From Bacillota bacterium (GTDB lineage Bacteria; Bacillota; Clostridia; Christensenellales; UBA1242), in NCBI GenBank assembly GCA_009784375.1, contig WRBV01000005.1, positions 12,553 to 76,552 of the forward strand: 64,000 nucleotides of DNA. Reading direction: 5' to 3'. Both the position numbers and the translations under genes were made by a program. A model generated the notes under the pieces. The model saw nothing but the letters and a program-made list of their open reading frames with translations, was not told where the DNA came from and ran no database searches. Positions 1 through 9,354 of this stretch are shown here, one piece after another. How positions within the stretch are numbered: the first letter of the stretch is position 1; every line of letters begins with the position of its first letter.

Positions 1-648
1 TATCTAAAGGAACTTACACGGCTTAAATCGCCTGTTGTTCCAATTGGTATTACTCGTATTAAAACAAAATCTGCTACCGATATTCGCCATGATATTGTTG
101 AAACCTCGCCATATCGCAACCCCGAAAAAAGTCAGTTTCTGTCGAAATATAACTTTGATGTTTTTGGGTCAAGCATGTTGTTTGCAATCATGACAAAGTT
201 AACGACCGAGATTTATAATTCCAATGAAGAACTTGTGAATCTTATCAAAAATCTTCACCCAATATCATACACATCACTTAAGCGCGATGCCCCAACAAAA
301 CGGTTTTCGGTGTCTCGGATTGCACGGCTTGCTTTGCATTGTGCGCTTGATGTTACCAAACGCGACGTCCAATATTTATACGATAACGAATGGTTACCAT
401 ACACCAATTTACTTGCCATAAACATAGCCGCCGAATCTTTCTTCTCGGCACTTTGTTTAAATACAAAAACACCACTTGTGGTTCGCGGCAACAAGATACG
501 ACCAAAAGCAACCCCATATTATAAAGCACTTCGTGCCATCGACGAAAAATCCGACCTTTTATACGAAGCAATTTGTGGCGAACGAATCGAAAAACGTCCA
601 CGTTTTGTAAGCGTAACAAATCTGGCTCTTGAGTTTAACCATGATTGA
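1..648 (+). CDS. hypothetical protein, 5' end cut by window edge
   Basis: Frame 1 is open from nt 1 with no stop before track ORF 175..648. It ends at TGA 646-648. No recognisable motif. Confidence 0.45.
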   Translation, partial: YLKELTRLKSPVVPIGITRIKTKSATDIRHDIVETSPYRNPEKSQFLSKYNFDVFGSSMLFAIMTKLTTEIYNSNEELVNLIKNLHPISYTSLKRDAPTKRFSVSRIARLALHCALDVTKRDVQYLYDNEWLPYTNLLAINIAAESFFSALCLNTKTPLVVRGNKIRPKATPYYKALRAIDEKSDLLYEAICGERIEKRPRFVSVTNLALEFNHD

Positions 649-699
649 CAAAGTACTACAAATAATGCTATATTTTGTAAAAAACAAAGGAGATGGACA

Positions 700-906
700 A
701 TGACCGAAGAACAAAAAAAGCTAATACAAGACGCACTCCATTCCAGAGATGTAGGTAAGCGATTTGTTAATTATAGAATAGTTAACTCGGCAGAAAAAGT
801 TTTAAAAGATACTGGTGAAAAATTGCTAACCGATGAACATAAAGAACTCAATGCACAACGCGATAAAGAGTTAACCGAAAAATACGAAAATCGACAAGCT
901 ATATAG
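700..906 (+). CDS. small hypothetical protein (68 aa, Lys/Glu-rich)
   Basis: AAAGGAG lies 7-8 nt upstream of ATG 700. The TAG stop is followed directly by hairpin terminator 908-932. Confidence 0.45.
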   Translation: MTEEQKKLIQDALHSRDVGKRFVNYRIVNSAEKVLKDTGEKLLTDEHKELNAQRDKELTEKYENRQAI

Positions 907-907
907 T

Positions 908-932
908 AAAAAGAAGCCTTAGGCTTCTTTTT
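908..932. terminator. bidirectional rho-independent terminator between convergent genes
   Basis: AAAAAGAAGCC-TTA-GGCTTCTTTTT: perfect stem flanked by an A-run and a T-run. Confidence 0.65.
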
Positions 933-956
933 ACTTATGAAATACTTCTTTCCTGA

Positions 957-1805
957 CTATTGCCTCTCTAGACTTGAAGACAGATTACTAAGCGCTGCTG
1001 GATCTGTGTCTTGTAAAGACTTAACCAACTTCGCAAAATCGCCTATCGAGTCATTAACAAAGTCGGGTGCGCATCCTTCTCTTATCATTCGCTCGTGCGT
1101 TACCCCTCCTGTTTTGACGAATGCTCCGAACGATGATGGGTGCTTTTCTGCAATCGGTCCTTTTGCGAACTTCATATCACTTGTTCCGTCTCCGATCATT
1201 ACTATTGTCTCGGCACCTGTTAAGCCGTACTTTCTTGCGATATAGTCGTACATTGGTTGCTCTGGTTTACCGAATATTAGCTCTGGCGTTAGATTATGCC
1301 CATGTTTCAAACCTTTTAAGAATAAACCAGTATCACCCATAAAACCATTCCGTGTAGGACAGTCGATATTATCGTGCGTTGCAAAAAAAGGGGTGTGCTT
1401 CTTTATTGCGTCATATGTATTTCCACCTAGCACAAGGTTGTTACCATCCCTGTTAAATGCCATAAGAACAATATCGGGATTTTGCTTAACGACTTGTACT
1501 CCTGCTTCTTGGGCTTGACGCTTGAACTCTTTAGTGCCATCGACCAGAATTTTTGCCCCGTCATAATTTCTTAGAAGATGGTCTATTGCTACGCTTCCTG
1601 CTGTGCTGAATTCACTTGGATCGCTGTCGATATCAAAGCCATTCAACTTCTCAGAAAGCATCTGGGGCGAAACTGTGGAAATATTGGTAACAAACGATAC
1701 ATCTCCACAATCACGCAGGTTTCTCACCGCTTCACCTGCACCTGGGATTCCAACTGTGCTTTTTATAAGGACGCCGTCAACGTCGACTAGAAATCTTACT
1801 TTCAT
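957..1805 (-). CDS. HAD-IIA family hydrolase (NagD-like sugar/nucleotide phosphatase)
   Basis: HAD motifs are present: DVDGVL (DxDG), VTN, GKP and IGDGTSD. Length 282 aa. Confidence 0.75.
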   Translation of the reverse strand: MKVRFLVDVDGVLIKSTVGIPGAGEAVRNLRDCGDVSFVTNISTVSPQMLSEKLNGFDIDSDPSEFSTAGSVAIDHLLRNYDGAKILVDGTKEFKRQAQEAGVQVVKQNPDIVLMAFNRDGNNLVLGGNTYDAIKKHTPFFATHDNIDCPTRNGFMGDTGLFLKGLKHGHNLTPELIFGKPEQPMYDYIARKYGLTGAETIVMIGDGTSDMKFAKGPIAEKHPSSFGAFVKTGGVTHERMIREGCAPDFVNDSIGDFAKLVKSLQDTDPAALSNLSSSLERQ

Positions 1806-1862
1806 AAGTATATATTATCGTTAAATGGGGTGTTTTGTCAATAGTCAATATTTAATTTTAAA

Positions 1863-1900
1863 GTCATCCTGAGCGAGACAAAGCCGAGTCGAAGGATGAC
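1863..1900. repeat. REP-like palindromic element (GTCATCCTGA family), short hairpin form
   Basis: GTCATCCTgagcgagacaaagccgagtcgaAGGATGAC. It shares its GTCATCCTGA head and a downstream TCGAAGGA block with the related elements at 11059-11198 and 48511-48583; the 47.3-47.6 kb cluster carries related GTCATCC heads. Confidence 0.5.
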
Positions 1901-2082
1901 AAAGCAAAACACCACCCAAAGGGTGATCCCCGGGTGGTGCTGGTTATGGTATGTGTGTTTTTGCGGATAGTATTCGTGTAATTTGTATTTATTTTGTGTT
2001 AGAACAAATTCAACCGAACAACTTTTTTATAAATCATTTCGACTGGAGCGAAGTGAAGCGAAGAGATGGTTTTGTTTTTGTA

Positions 2083-3957
2083 TTAGTCGTACTTCTTCCG
2101 TGGTTTGTAGGTTGTGTGTAATAACTTGTACGCAATCTCCCCATTCGGCTCGCCAAGGAATTCTTTGTATATTTGTTTTACTACTGGATTATCATGGGCG
2201 CGACGAAGATTATTATATTGGTCCATATTATACATAGTCGAGGCGCGCCTTCGTGCATTTGCAAAATTATCTTGGATAATATCATTATGAACGGGCATTC
2301 CACCACCATTAACGCAACCACCTGGACATGCCATTACCTCGACAAAATGATAATTTTCTCGCCCAGACTTGATGTCTTTGATAACACGCTCGGCATTAGC
2401 AATACCACTTACCACAGCCACTCTTATAGGATTGCCGTGCGAATCTTGGATTGTATCGATCTCTGCCACTTTTATGCCTTGTTCACCACGGATGTTTTCA
2501 AAGTTCACATTGTTTAAACGCTTGCAAAGCATCTTTTCGGATATTGTTCGTAATGCCGCCTCGGACACACCGCCCGTAGTCCCAAAAATTAACCCAGCCC
2601 CACTTGACAACCCAAGCGGATCATCATATTTTTCATTTTTTAACTTTGCAAAATCAATCCCAGCTTCGCGCACCATTCGCGATAATTGTCGAACGGTGAT
2701 TGACATATCTACATCTTTAAATTCTTTTGAATGATCTATGCCCTCGCGGTTTGCTTCACTTGACTTTGCGATACATGGCATTAACATGACTACGAATATG
2801 TTTTTTGGATCAATTCCCATTTTCTGGGCGTAATAAGTTTTTGCCAATGCACCGAAAATTTGTTGCGGACTTTTGGTTGTGCTTACATTCGGCAAAAGTT
2901 CTGGATGCATCATTTGGACATAATTAATCCAAGCAGGACAACATGACGTGAACTGGGTATTTATAAAAGTCCTTGTCTTTAAATCATAATTAGTCATCTT
3001 GTGCAAGCGTTTTAAAAGTTCGGTACCCTCTTCCATGATTGTAAAATCTGCGGCAAGGTTCAAATCAAATACACGGTCAAAGCCAAGTCTTTTTAATACG
3101 GCAACCATCTTGCCCTCGGCATTCGTACCGCTTGGCAAGCCAAATGCTTCGCCTATTGCAACACGTGTACTTGGTGCGGTTGCGACTATGACATGTGTGC
3201 CTTTGTCGCCAAGTTTTTCACGCAGGAATTTTATTTCCTCGACATTTGTATTACGCTCTTGCCCCTCTAATTCACGCGGAGCCGATGTTTCTTCCAAAGC
3301 CGCGGTCGGACAATTCACAACACATTGACCGCATGTGATACAAGGTACTGACCCAAGTTCATTACCCCATGCCACACCGATATGTGCATCAAAGCCACGA
3401 CCATTAACGGCAAGTACACCAACCTCTTGATGTTCGGCACAAACCTTCACACATCGGCCACACAAAATACACTTGTTCGGATTACGTCGAACATAATTAT
3501 TAGCCTTGTCTAATCGACCAACATCAGCAGACTTTGCTGTATGCGGCGGCGAGCCATGCGTTGCCCCATCAATACGATGAGGATTAGACTGGAAACGCTC
3601 TGCATCGCATTGTGCGGCTTCTGATGCCAATTTCAACCTGCAATCGGTGGTACGAGAACATGATATACACTTTAATTCATGGTCACTTAAAAGAAGTTCT
3701 AATATAGTCTTTCGTGCATTAATAACACGTGGGGAATTGGTGTTTATTACCATGCCTGCCCGAACTATTTCCCCACACGCAGGAACCAAATTCCAACGCC
3801 CTTCGACCTCTACAACACAGACACGACAAGAAGATAAAAGCCCAAGATTTTTCGAATAACAAAGATTCGGAATGTTAATTCCAACATCGGCACAAACCTC
3901 GAGAATAGTCTTCTCACCCTTGACCTTATATTCTTTTCCATCTATTTTTATTTTCAT
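2083..3957 (-). CDS. hydA: [FeFe]-hydrogenase catalytic subunit (multimeric, NuoG-like N-terminus)
   Basis: H-cluster motifs FTSCCPAW, MPCIAK and EVMACPGGCVNGGG. N-terminal 2Fe-2S and multiple 4Fe-4S Cys clusters. Confidence 0.9.
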   Translation of the reverse strand: MKIKIDGKEYKVKGEKTILEVCADVGINIPNLCYSKNLGLLSSCRVCVVEVEGRWNLVPACGEIVRAGMVINTNSPRVINARKTILELLLSDHELKCISCSRTTDCRLKLASEAAQCDAERFQSNPHRIDGATHGSPPHTAKSADVGRLDKANNYVRRNPNKCILCGRCVKVCAEHQEVGVLAVNGRGFDAHIGVAWGNELGSVPCITCGQCVVNCPTAALEETSAPRELEGQERNTNVEEIKFLREKLGDKGTHVIVATAPSTRVAIGEAFGLPSGTNAEGKMVAVLKRLGFDRVFDLNLAADFTIMEEGTELLKRLHKMTNYDLKTRTFINTQFTSCCPAWINYVQMMHPELLPNVSTTKSPQQIFGALAKTYYAQKMGIDPKNIFVVMLMPCIAKSSEANREGIDHSKEFKDVDMSITVRQLSRMVREAGIDFAKLKNEKYDDPLGLSSGAGLIFGTTGGVSEAALRTISEKMLCKRLNNVNFENIRGEQGIKVAEIDTIQDSHGNPIRVAVVSGIANAERVIKDIKSGRENYHFVEVMACPGGCVNGGGMPVHNDIIQDNFANARRRASTMYNMDQYNNLRRAHDNPVVKQIYKEFLGEPNGEIAYKLLHTTYKPRKKYD

Positions 3958-3969
3958 CGCGACTCCTAC

Positions 3970-5520
3970 TTACACTCTTACAATGGCGTCTACTGGACAA
4001 ATCGGTACACACTTGTTACATTTAATACATTTTTCCTTGGACAAGTAATGTGGTTTTTTTAACTCGCCTGTTATTGCATCTACTGGACAGACCTTTATAC
4101 ATGCCGTACACATGATGCACTTTTCATTAATTTCATATGTCGTTAACTCACGACAAATTCCAGCACCACAACGCCTGTTGTGAATATGGTCAAGATACTC
4201 TTCACGGAAATGCGTCAAAGTAGATAACACAGGATTAGGTGAACTTTGCCCAAGTCCACATAACGAAGTTTCGATAATAGTTTTTGATAATTTCTCAAGT
4301 TCGCAAAGGTCACTTTCTTCGCCACGACCACTTGTAATCTTTTCAAGTATATTCAACAGTTTGATATTACCAATACGACATGGGACGCATTTTCCACAAC
4401 TTTCATCTACGCTGAACTTTATAAAAAATTTTGCCACATCAATCATACAAACTTTATCGCACATTACAACAAGCCCGCCCGAACCCAAGATACTACCAAC
4501 ACTCTGCAGACTGTCAAAATCAATTGGCAAATCAAACATGGATGCGGGAATACAACCGCCACTTGGACCGCCCGCTTGAACCGCCTTTACCTTACTTCCT
4601 TCGGCGTATCCACCACCAATTTCATAGATAATTTCTTTGATTGTAATTCCCATTGGAACTTCGATTAATCCACCGTTAGTGATGTTACCCGCAAGTGCAA
4701 AAACTTTTGTTCCCGCATTATTTGGCGAGCCGATTTTATTCCATCTCTCGGCTCCCTCAAAAATTATCATTGGAATGGCAGACAATGTTTCTACGTTATT
4801 GATAAGTGTTGGTTTACCGTATAATCCCGAAACCGCTGGGAACGGTGGTCTTGGTCTTGGTTCTCCGCGTTTACCCTCGATAGATGCAATAAGTGCCGTT
4901 TCCTCGCCACATACAAAAGCACCAGCTCCTAGTCGAAGTTCTATATTAAATGAAAAGTTCGTTCCAAAAAGATTATCCCCAAGCAATCTATTCTTTCTTG
5001 CCGCAATAATTGCCGCTTTACAATTCTTAACCGCTTGTGGATATTCGGCACGGCAATAAATGTATCCCTTTTGTGCACCAAGTGCATAACCCGCGATTGT
5101 CATGGATTCAAGCACACTATACGGATCATTTTCCAAAATAGCCCTGTCCATAAATGCACCTGGGTCACCTTCGTCTGCGTTACATACTATGTATTTCGTT
5201 TCGCTTTGTGCGTCATGAACAAATTGCCACTTTTTACCAGTAGAGAACCCAGCCCCACCCCGCCCGCGCATACCACTTTCTTTAACAATATCAATGATTT
5301 CTTGTGGTTGCATGGTCAATGCTTTTGCAAAACCAAAATAACCATCGGTCGCAATGTATTCATGTACTGACGTCGGTTCGATAATTTCAACATTTCGCAA
5401 CACAAGACGTGTCTGGCGTGTATAGAAGGGTGTGTCATGTTCTTCTTGCCATTTTGCACGTTTTTCCTCGATTATTGGTTTATATTGTTCCTTGATTTGT
5501 TCAAGCTTTTTCTTGTTCAT
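3970..5520 (-). CDS. hydB: hydrogenase NADH/FMN-binding subunit (NuoF-like)
   Basis: GRGGAGFSTGKKW motif and two C-terminal CxxCxxCxxxCP ferredoxin motifs. ATGA overlap with hydC. Confidence 0.9.
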   Translation of the reverse strand: MNKKKLEQIKEQYKPIIEEKRAKWQEEHDTPFYTRQTRLVLRNVEIIEPTSVHEYIATDGYFGFAKALTMQPQEIIDIVKESGMRGRGGAGFSTGKKWQFVHDAQSETKYIVCNADEGDPGAFMDRAILENDPYSVLESMTIAGYALGAQKGYIYCRAEYPQAVKNCKAAIIAARKNRLLGDNLFGTNFSFNIELRLGAGAFVCGEETALIASIEGKRGEPRPRPPFPAVSGLYGKPTLINNVETLSAIPMIIFEGAERWNKIGSPNNAGTKVFALAGNITNGGLIEVPMGITIKEIIYEIGGGYAEGSKVKAVQAGGPSGGCIPASMFDLPIDFDSLQSVGSILGSGGLVVMCDKVCMIDVAKFFIKFSVDESCGKCVPCRIGNIKLLNILEKITSGRGEESDLCELEKLSKTIIETSLCGLGQSSPNPVLSTLTHFREEYLDHIHNRRCGAGICRELTTYEINEKCIMCTACIKVCPVDAITGELKKPHYLSKEKCIKCNKCVPICPVDAIVRV

Positions 5521-5993
5521 GGCAACCGCACCTCCTCTTGTCTTTTAATTTTGCGGATTTCGTTCAATGTTTTCCTTATCGTAGTTTTTGCAAGCCACTT
5601 GTCACCAATAATTACAATTGGAGCAATCGAACAATCGCCTACACAACGTGTATTGTGTTCAAGTGAAAAAAGCCCGTCCTCGGTTTTTCCTCCCGCCTTT
5701 ATACCAAGCTCATCTTCTATTGCACGTATAATTTCTTCAGCACCCAAGACATAACATGCGGTTCCCATACAAACTTGTATATTGTATTTACCACGCTTTG
5801 CAAATGTAAATTGATGATAAAACGTTGCCACCCCATACACATGACTTTGCGATACACTAAAAACATCGGCAACGGTTTGTATTGCGAATTCATTTATATA
5901 TCCATATGCCTCTTGTGCAATTTGCAAAGCACAAAGAACCGAACCGCCATCACGTTCACGCTCTACTGCTTTTATAAATGCTTGTTTTGTCAT
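5517..5993 (-). CDS. hydC: hydrogenase 2Fe-2S thioredoxin-like subunit (NuoE-like)
   Basis: 158 aa with NuoE-type Cys pattern (CMGTAC ... CVGDCSIAP). Translationally coupled to hydB. Confidence 0.85.
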   Translation of the reverse strand: MTKQAFIKAVERERDGGSVLCALQIAQEAYGYINEFAIQTVADVFSVSQSHVYGVATFYHQFTFAKRGKYNIQVCMGTACYVLGAEEIIRAIEDELGIKAGGKTEDGLFSLEHNTRCVGDCSIAPIVIIGDKWLAKTTIRKTLNEIRKIKRQEEVRLP

Positions 5994-6029
5994 CTGTTAG
6001 ATTCCCCCAATCTAATTAATTACAACTTT

Positions 6030-7187
6030 TCAGGTTTTTAATAATTCAGTCTTCTTTACAATTCGCGTACCTTTTTTCTGTATATCTTTTTTTAGTTGGT
6101 CATGGAATTGTTTTGGTTTTAATTCAAAATCAGGCTCAAATATTTGGGCAAGAGGTATCCACATTGGTTGGTATGTCCCTATTAATCTTCCACTCTTATC
6201 ACACATTGTTTTTAATTCTTCCGAGTATTCTTCAGATTCTGGATTCATTATTATTTCACCACTTTTGTATTCGCATACAAGGAATGCCTCCATCTCGGAA
6301 GCACACCCTGGTCTGCACGATGCATCGGCACGAACACGTTTGTATAATACCCGAAGTGGGTTAACATGTATTCCAGTCTCCTCCAACACTTCACGAATGA
6401 CCGCTTCTTTTGGTGTTTCCTCGGGTTCAAGATGACCACCAGGCGTATTGTAATAATCGGCACCATCTTTGTAATGAGGTCTGTTACGTTTATGCAACAA
6501 GATATGATCAACACCGTCAATGTTACGGAAACATATAGCACGTGCAGTATCAACTTTTGCCATATCCCATTTTTTACGCTTGGCAACAACTTGGAACCCA
6601 GGCTCGTTCAACATTTCTGCCATAATGTCCGCGACTTTGTCCGAGAACGCAGTAATTTCATCTTTCTCAAGTTTTCTTCCTTGTAATTCTTCGGTAGATA
6701 TTGCAGTACCAACTTTTATCTTGGTTAGCCTGAACGGTCTTGGTGGTCGGTTCATTACCATAGGAATAATTGGTACGTTACCCTTGATTGCAATCACACT
6801 TGCACCATTTCGCAGCGCAAGTGCATCTTCTGGGTTAAATGTTCGCATACCTTCTGGGAATATTAAAAGTGCCTTGTCACGTTTAAGTACGCCCAAACAA
6901 TGCTTCATAAGTGCAAGGTCTTTACCACGTTCAATTGGAAATCCATTAAGATTTCGGAAAAACCAGGCTGGGATTTTCTTTTTGAAAAGCTCGGGCTTTG
7001 AGATAAAGAATATCTCGCGCGGCATGCCGCAAAACATCGCTGGGATGTCTGCGTTAGATAAATGATTACATACAAGGACAACTCCTTGTTTGCGATACTT
7101 TTTTAATTCTTTTTTGTTTTGGACTCGCGTCCACCAAATCATGTGGTACGGAAGCCACACCAGTATTTTAAATAAAACTCTAAACAT
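6030..7187 (-). CDS. fusion protein: 1-acyl-sn-glycerol-3-phosphate acyltransferase (PlsC-like) + Nudix hydrolase
   Basis: N-terminal half has CNHLSNAD (HX4D), FPEGMR and IPIIPM blocks. C-terminal half has the Nudix box GGHLEPEETPKEAVIREVLEETG. Confidence 0.8.
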   Translation of the reverse strand: MFRVLFKILVWLPYHMIWWTRVQNKKELKKYRKQGVVLVCNHLSNADIPAMFCGMPREIFFISKPELFKKKIPAWFFRNLNGFPIERGKDLALMKHCLGVLKRDKALLIFPEGMRTFNPEDALALRNGASVIAIKGNVPIIPMVMNRPPRPFRLTKIKVGTAISTEELQGRKLEKDEITAFSDKVADIMAEMLNEPGFQVVAKRKKWDMAKVDTARAICFRNIDGVDHILLHKRNRPHYKDGADYYNTPGGHLEPEETPKEAVIREVLEETGIHVNPLRVLYKRVRADASCRPGCASEMEAFLVCEYKSGEIIMNPESEEYSEELKTMCDKSGRLIGTYQPMWIPLAQIFEPDFELKPKQFHDQLKKDIQKKGTRIVKKTELLKT

Positions 7188-7199
7188 AAGATGAAAATA

Positions 7200-7910
7200 T
7201 CACAAATTTTTCAATTTGTCATTTATAATATCCAGCATTCTTTGCACAACTTCAACCGCACTTATATGACTTGCATCAATTAAAACTGCGTCCGACACAT
7301 GCACAAGAGGACTTATTTCTCGCGTCATGTCGGCAACGTCTCGTTCATGTATGCCTTGTTTGACTTGCTCCAAGGTAATACCTGGGTTTTGAATACGTTC
7401 TTGGTTCAACCTTCTTCTTGCACGCTCTTCAAGGCTTGCGGTCAAATAAAACTTGAACTGGGCATCGGGAAGAACCACACTTGTAATATCTCGCCCCTCA
7501 CACACAAGGTCTTGGCAACACGCTATTTCGTGTTGAATAGAACGTACTTTTTTACGGACGGCTGGGATTACCGCCACTTTGTATGCGGTAGCACTTACTT
7601 CGATATCATGAAGATGTTCGGTTATATCCTTGTCGTTCAAAAAAACGAGGGTGCTGCCACCTTGGTGACATACCCTCAGATTTAAATTTTCAAGTGCCGA
7701 ATTAACCTCGGATTCATGACCAAGATTAACTTTTGAATTCATAAAGTGAACTGTAATACCGCGATACAAGGCTCCTGTATCTAAACAAATAATTCCAAGC
7801 CTTTGCGCCAACATCTTTGCGACCGTGCCTTTTCCTGATGCAGCTGGTCCGTCAATTGCAATCTTTAATACTTTTGTTTCGTCTATACCCATTAAAATTA
7901 ATGATATCAT
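7200..7910 (-). CDS. cmk: cytidylate kinase, paralog 1
   Basis: IAIDGPAASGKGT P-loop, LDTGALYR, GRDITSVVLPDA and ERD..D lid. 4-nt overlap with the upstream paralog. The true start may be an internal Met a few codons in. Confidence 0.85.
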   Translation of the reverse strand: MISLILMGIDETKVLKIAIDGPAASGKGTVAKMLAQRLGIICLDTGALYRGITVHFMNSKVNLGHESEVNSALENLNLRVCHQGGSTLVFLNDKDITEHLHDIEVSATAYKVAVIPAVRKKVRSIQHEIACCQDLVCEGRDITSVVLPDAQFKFYLTASLEERARRRLNQERIQNPGITLEQVKQGIHERDVADMTREISPLVHVSDAVLIDASHISAVEVVQRMLDIINDKLKNL

Positions 7911-8572
7911 ACCTTTTTCATTTTATGCAACATAAGTTCAATGGTTTTTTCAAGATCAATGTCCGAATTGTCAATTACTATTGCATCTTTTACTTTTTTT
8001 AATGGTGCAATATCACGACTTGAGTCACGCTTGTCACGCTCTTTGATTTCACGAACCATTTCCTTTAGCGTCATCTTGCCCGAATATTGTTCCAAGCGTC
8101 GCTCTGCCCGAACTTTTGGTTTGGCTGTTAGGAAAAACTTATACTTTGCATCGGGTAAAACCACACTTGCAATATCTCGGCCATCAACAATTAAACTTGT
8201 TAACTTGCAAAGTTCCCGTATTGTTATGTTAACTTTGTCACGGACATCTGGTCTCGTTGCAACCATTGATGAAACCTTTGACATTTCGGGTGTGCGAATT
8301 TTGTCGGTAATATCAACCCCATTAATGAAAACATGGGTATTGCTACCAATAATTTCGGCTTTTATATCTAATTCATCAAGCGCCTGTTTAACTTTTAAGT
8401 TATATTCAATATTGTCAAATCTTTGTTTAAGATAATATCCAACCGCACGATACAAGGCACCTGTATCAAGTGCCGCAATTCCCAACCGTTCCCCGAGCTC
8501 ACGCGCAACCGTTCCCTTGCCACTTGCAACTGGACCGTCAATTGCAATATGAAAAATGTCTGAACCTATCAT
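7907..8572 (-). CDS. cmk: cytidylate kinase, paralog 2
   Basis: IAIDGPVASGKGT, LDTGALYR, GRDIASVVLPDA and ERDKRD. Clearly diverged from paralog 1 (roughly 40% identical by eye). Confidence 0.85.
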   Translation of the reverse strand: MIGSDIFHIAIDGPVASGKGTVARELGERLGIAALDTGALYRAVGYYLKQRFDNIEYNLKVKQALDELDIKAEIIGSNTHVFINGVDITDKIRTPEMSKVSSMVATRPDVRDKVNITIRELCKLTSLIVDGRDIASVVLPDAKYKFFLTAKPKVRAERRLEQYSGKMTLKEMVREIKERDKRDSSRDIAPLKKVKDAIVIDNSDIDLEKTIELMLHKMKKV

Positions 8573-9345
8573 AATTTTATCCCAGACTTTTCCAAAGTCG
8601 CAAAAACCGATGCATCAGTCAAATCGTACTTAAGCGGTGTCACCGTGATAAAATTCTTTTTCAACCAATAAATATCACCGAACTGCTCTAAACATTCAAG
8701 GTTGTATGCAGTCACAGGACTCTTCAACCAATAAAAAGTCTTTCCAAATGGATTGGTTTCTTCGGTGTATTCATTATGCACAATACCAGTTGTAAGTCTT
8801 GCTGCCTGGACCTTTTTAAATGTGAACTTTGCAGGAAAGTTAATATTTAATGTGACTTCATCCCTTATATTTTCAAAGATTGTCTTTAATTCTTTTGATA
8901 TAACACGCGCAACAGGAACATATGAACTTTCACGCTTTGTGTTTTCAATTACCGCGGATATCGCAATAGATTTAATACCCTGGATGGTTCCAGCAATCGC
9001 CGCAGACACAACCCCGCTTGAATAAATTGTTTCGCCTCGGTTTGTCTTGTTGTCAATACCACTTATAATAAGGTCAGGTTTACTTTTTAATAATTTATCA
9101 ATCGCAAGGTTCACACAATCGCACGGAGTTCCATTGATACCGAAAATTTTAACTTTGTTCAAAACAAAGAATTGTTCTGCACGAAGCGGACAACCTGTTG
9201 TAAGGGCATGTCCCATACCTTCGTTTGATTGCAATGGTCCGACTATGCAAACTTGGTGCTTGCCCGATAACTCCTTTGCAAGTGCAACAATTCCTGGATG
9301 AAAACATCCTTGCTCATTAACCAATAATATCTTTAATGGTCTCAT
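8569..9345 (-). CDS. surE: SurE-family protein with a substituted metal-binding motif
   Basis: SurE signatures GTPCDCV and SGIDNKTNRGETIYSSGVVSAAIAG. The N-terminal NDDG motif reads NEQG. Confidence 0.7.
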   Translation of the reverse strand: MRPLKILLVNEQGCFHPGIVALAKELSGKHQVCIVGPLQSNEGMGHALTTGCPLRAEQFFVLNKVKIFGINGTPCDCVNLAIDKLLKSKPDLIISGIDNKTNRGETIYSSGVVSAAIAGTIQGIKSIAISAVIENTKRESSYVPVARVISKELKTIFENIRDEVTLNINFPAKFTFKKVQAARLTTGIVHNEYTEETNPFGKTFYWLKSPVTAYNLECLEQFGDIYWLKKNFITVTPLKYDLTDASVFATLEKSGIKL

Positions 9346-9354
9346 ATTTCCCCC

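Noticed and set aside
5517-5520. Alternative genetic code with TGA as a sense codon (code 4 or 25), considered because of the AT-rich, small-gene look
   Set aside because: TGA closes well-supported genes exactly at ATGA start/stop overlaps (hydC/hydB at 5517-5520, GNAT/MBL at 28095-28098, and 50693-50696). Long conserved proteins such as UvrA, UvrB and the V-ATPase A and B subunits read through with no internal TGA.
6520-7065. Long antisense ORFs inside conserved genes (for example 6520..7065, 7941..8435, 4637..5059, 2369..2734, 60143..60670 and 63168..63596)
   Set aside because: They are shadow frames of strongly supported genes on the opposite strand. They have no ribosome-binding sites or recognisable motifs.
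7200-8572. Tandem cmk genes as an assembly duplication artefact
   Set aside because: The two products are only about 40% identical and differ in length. The genes overlap by 4 nt in a normal coupled arrangement.
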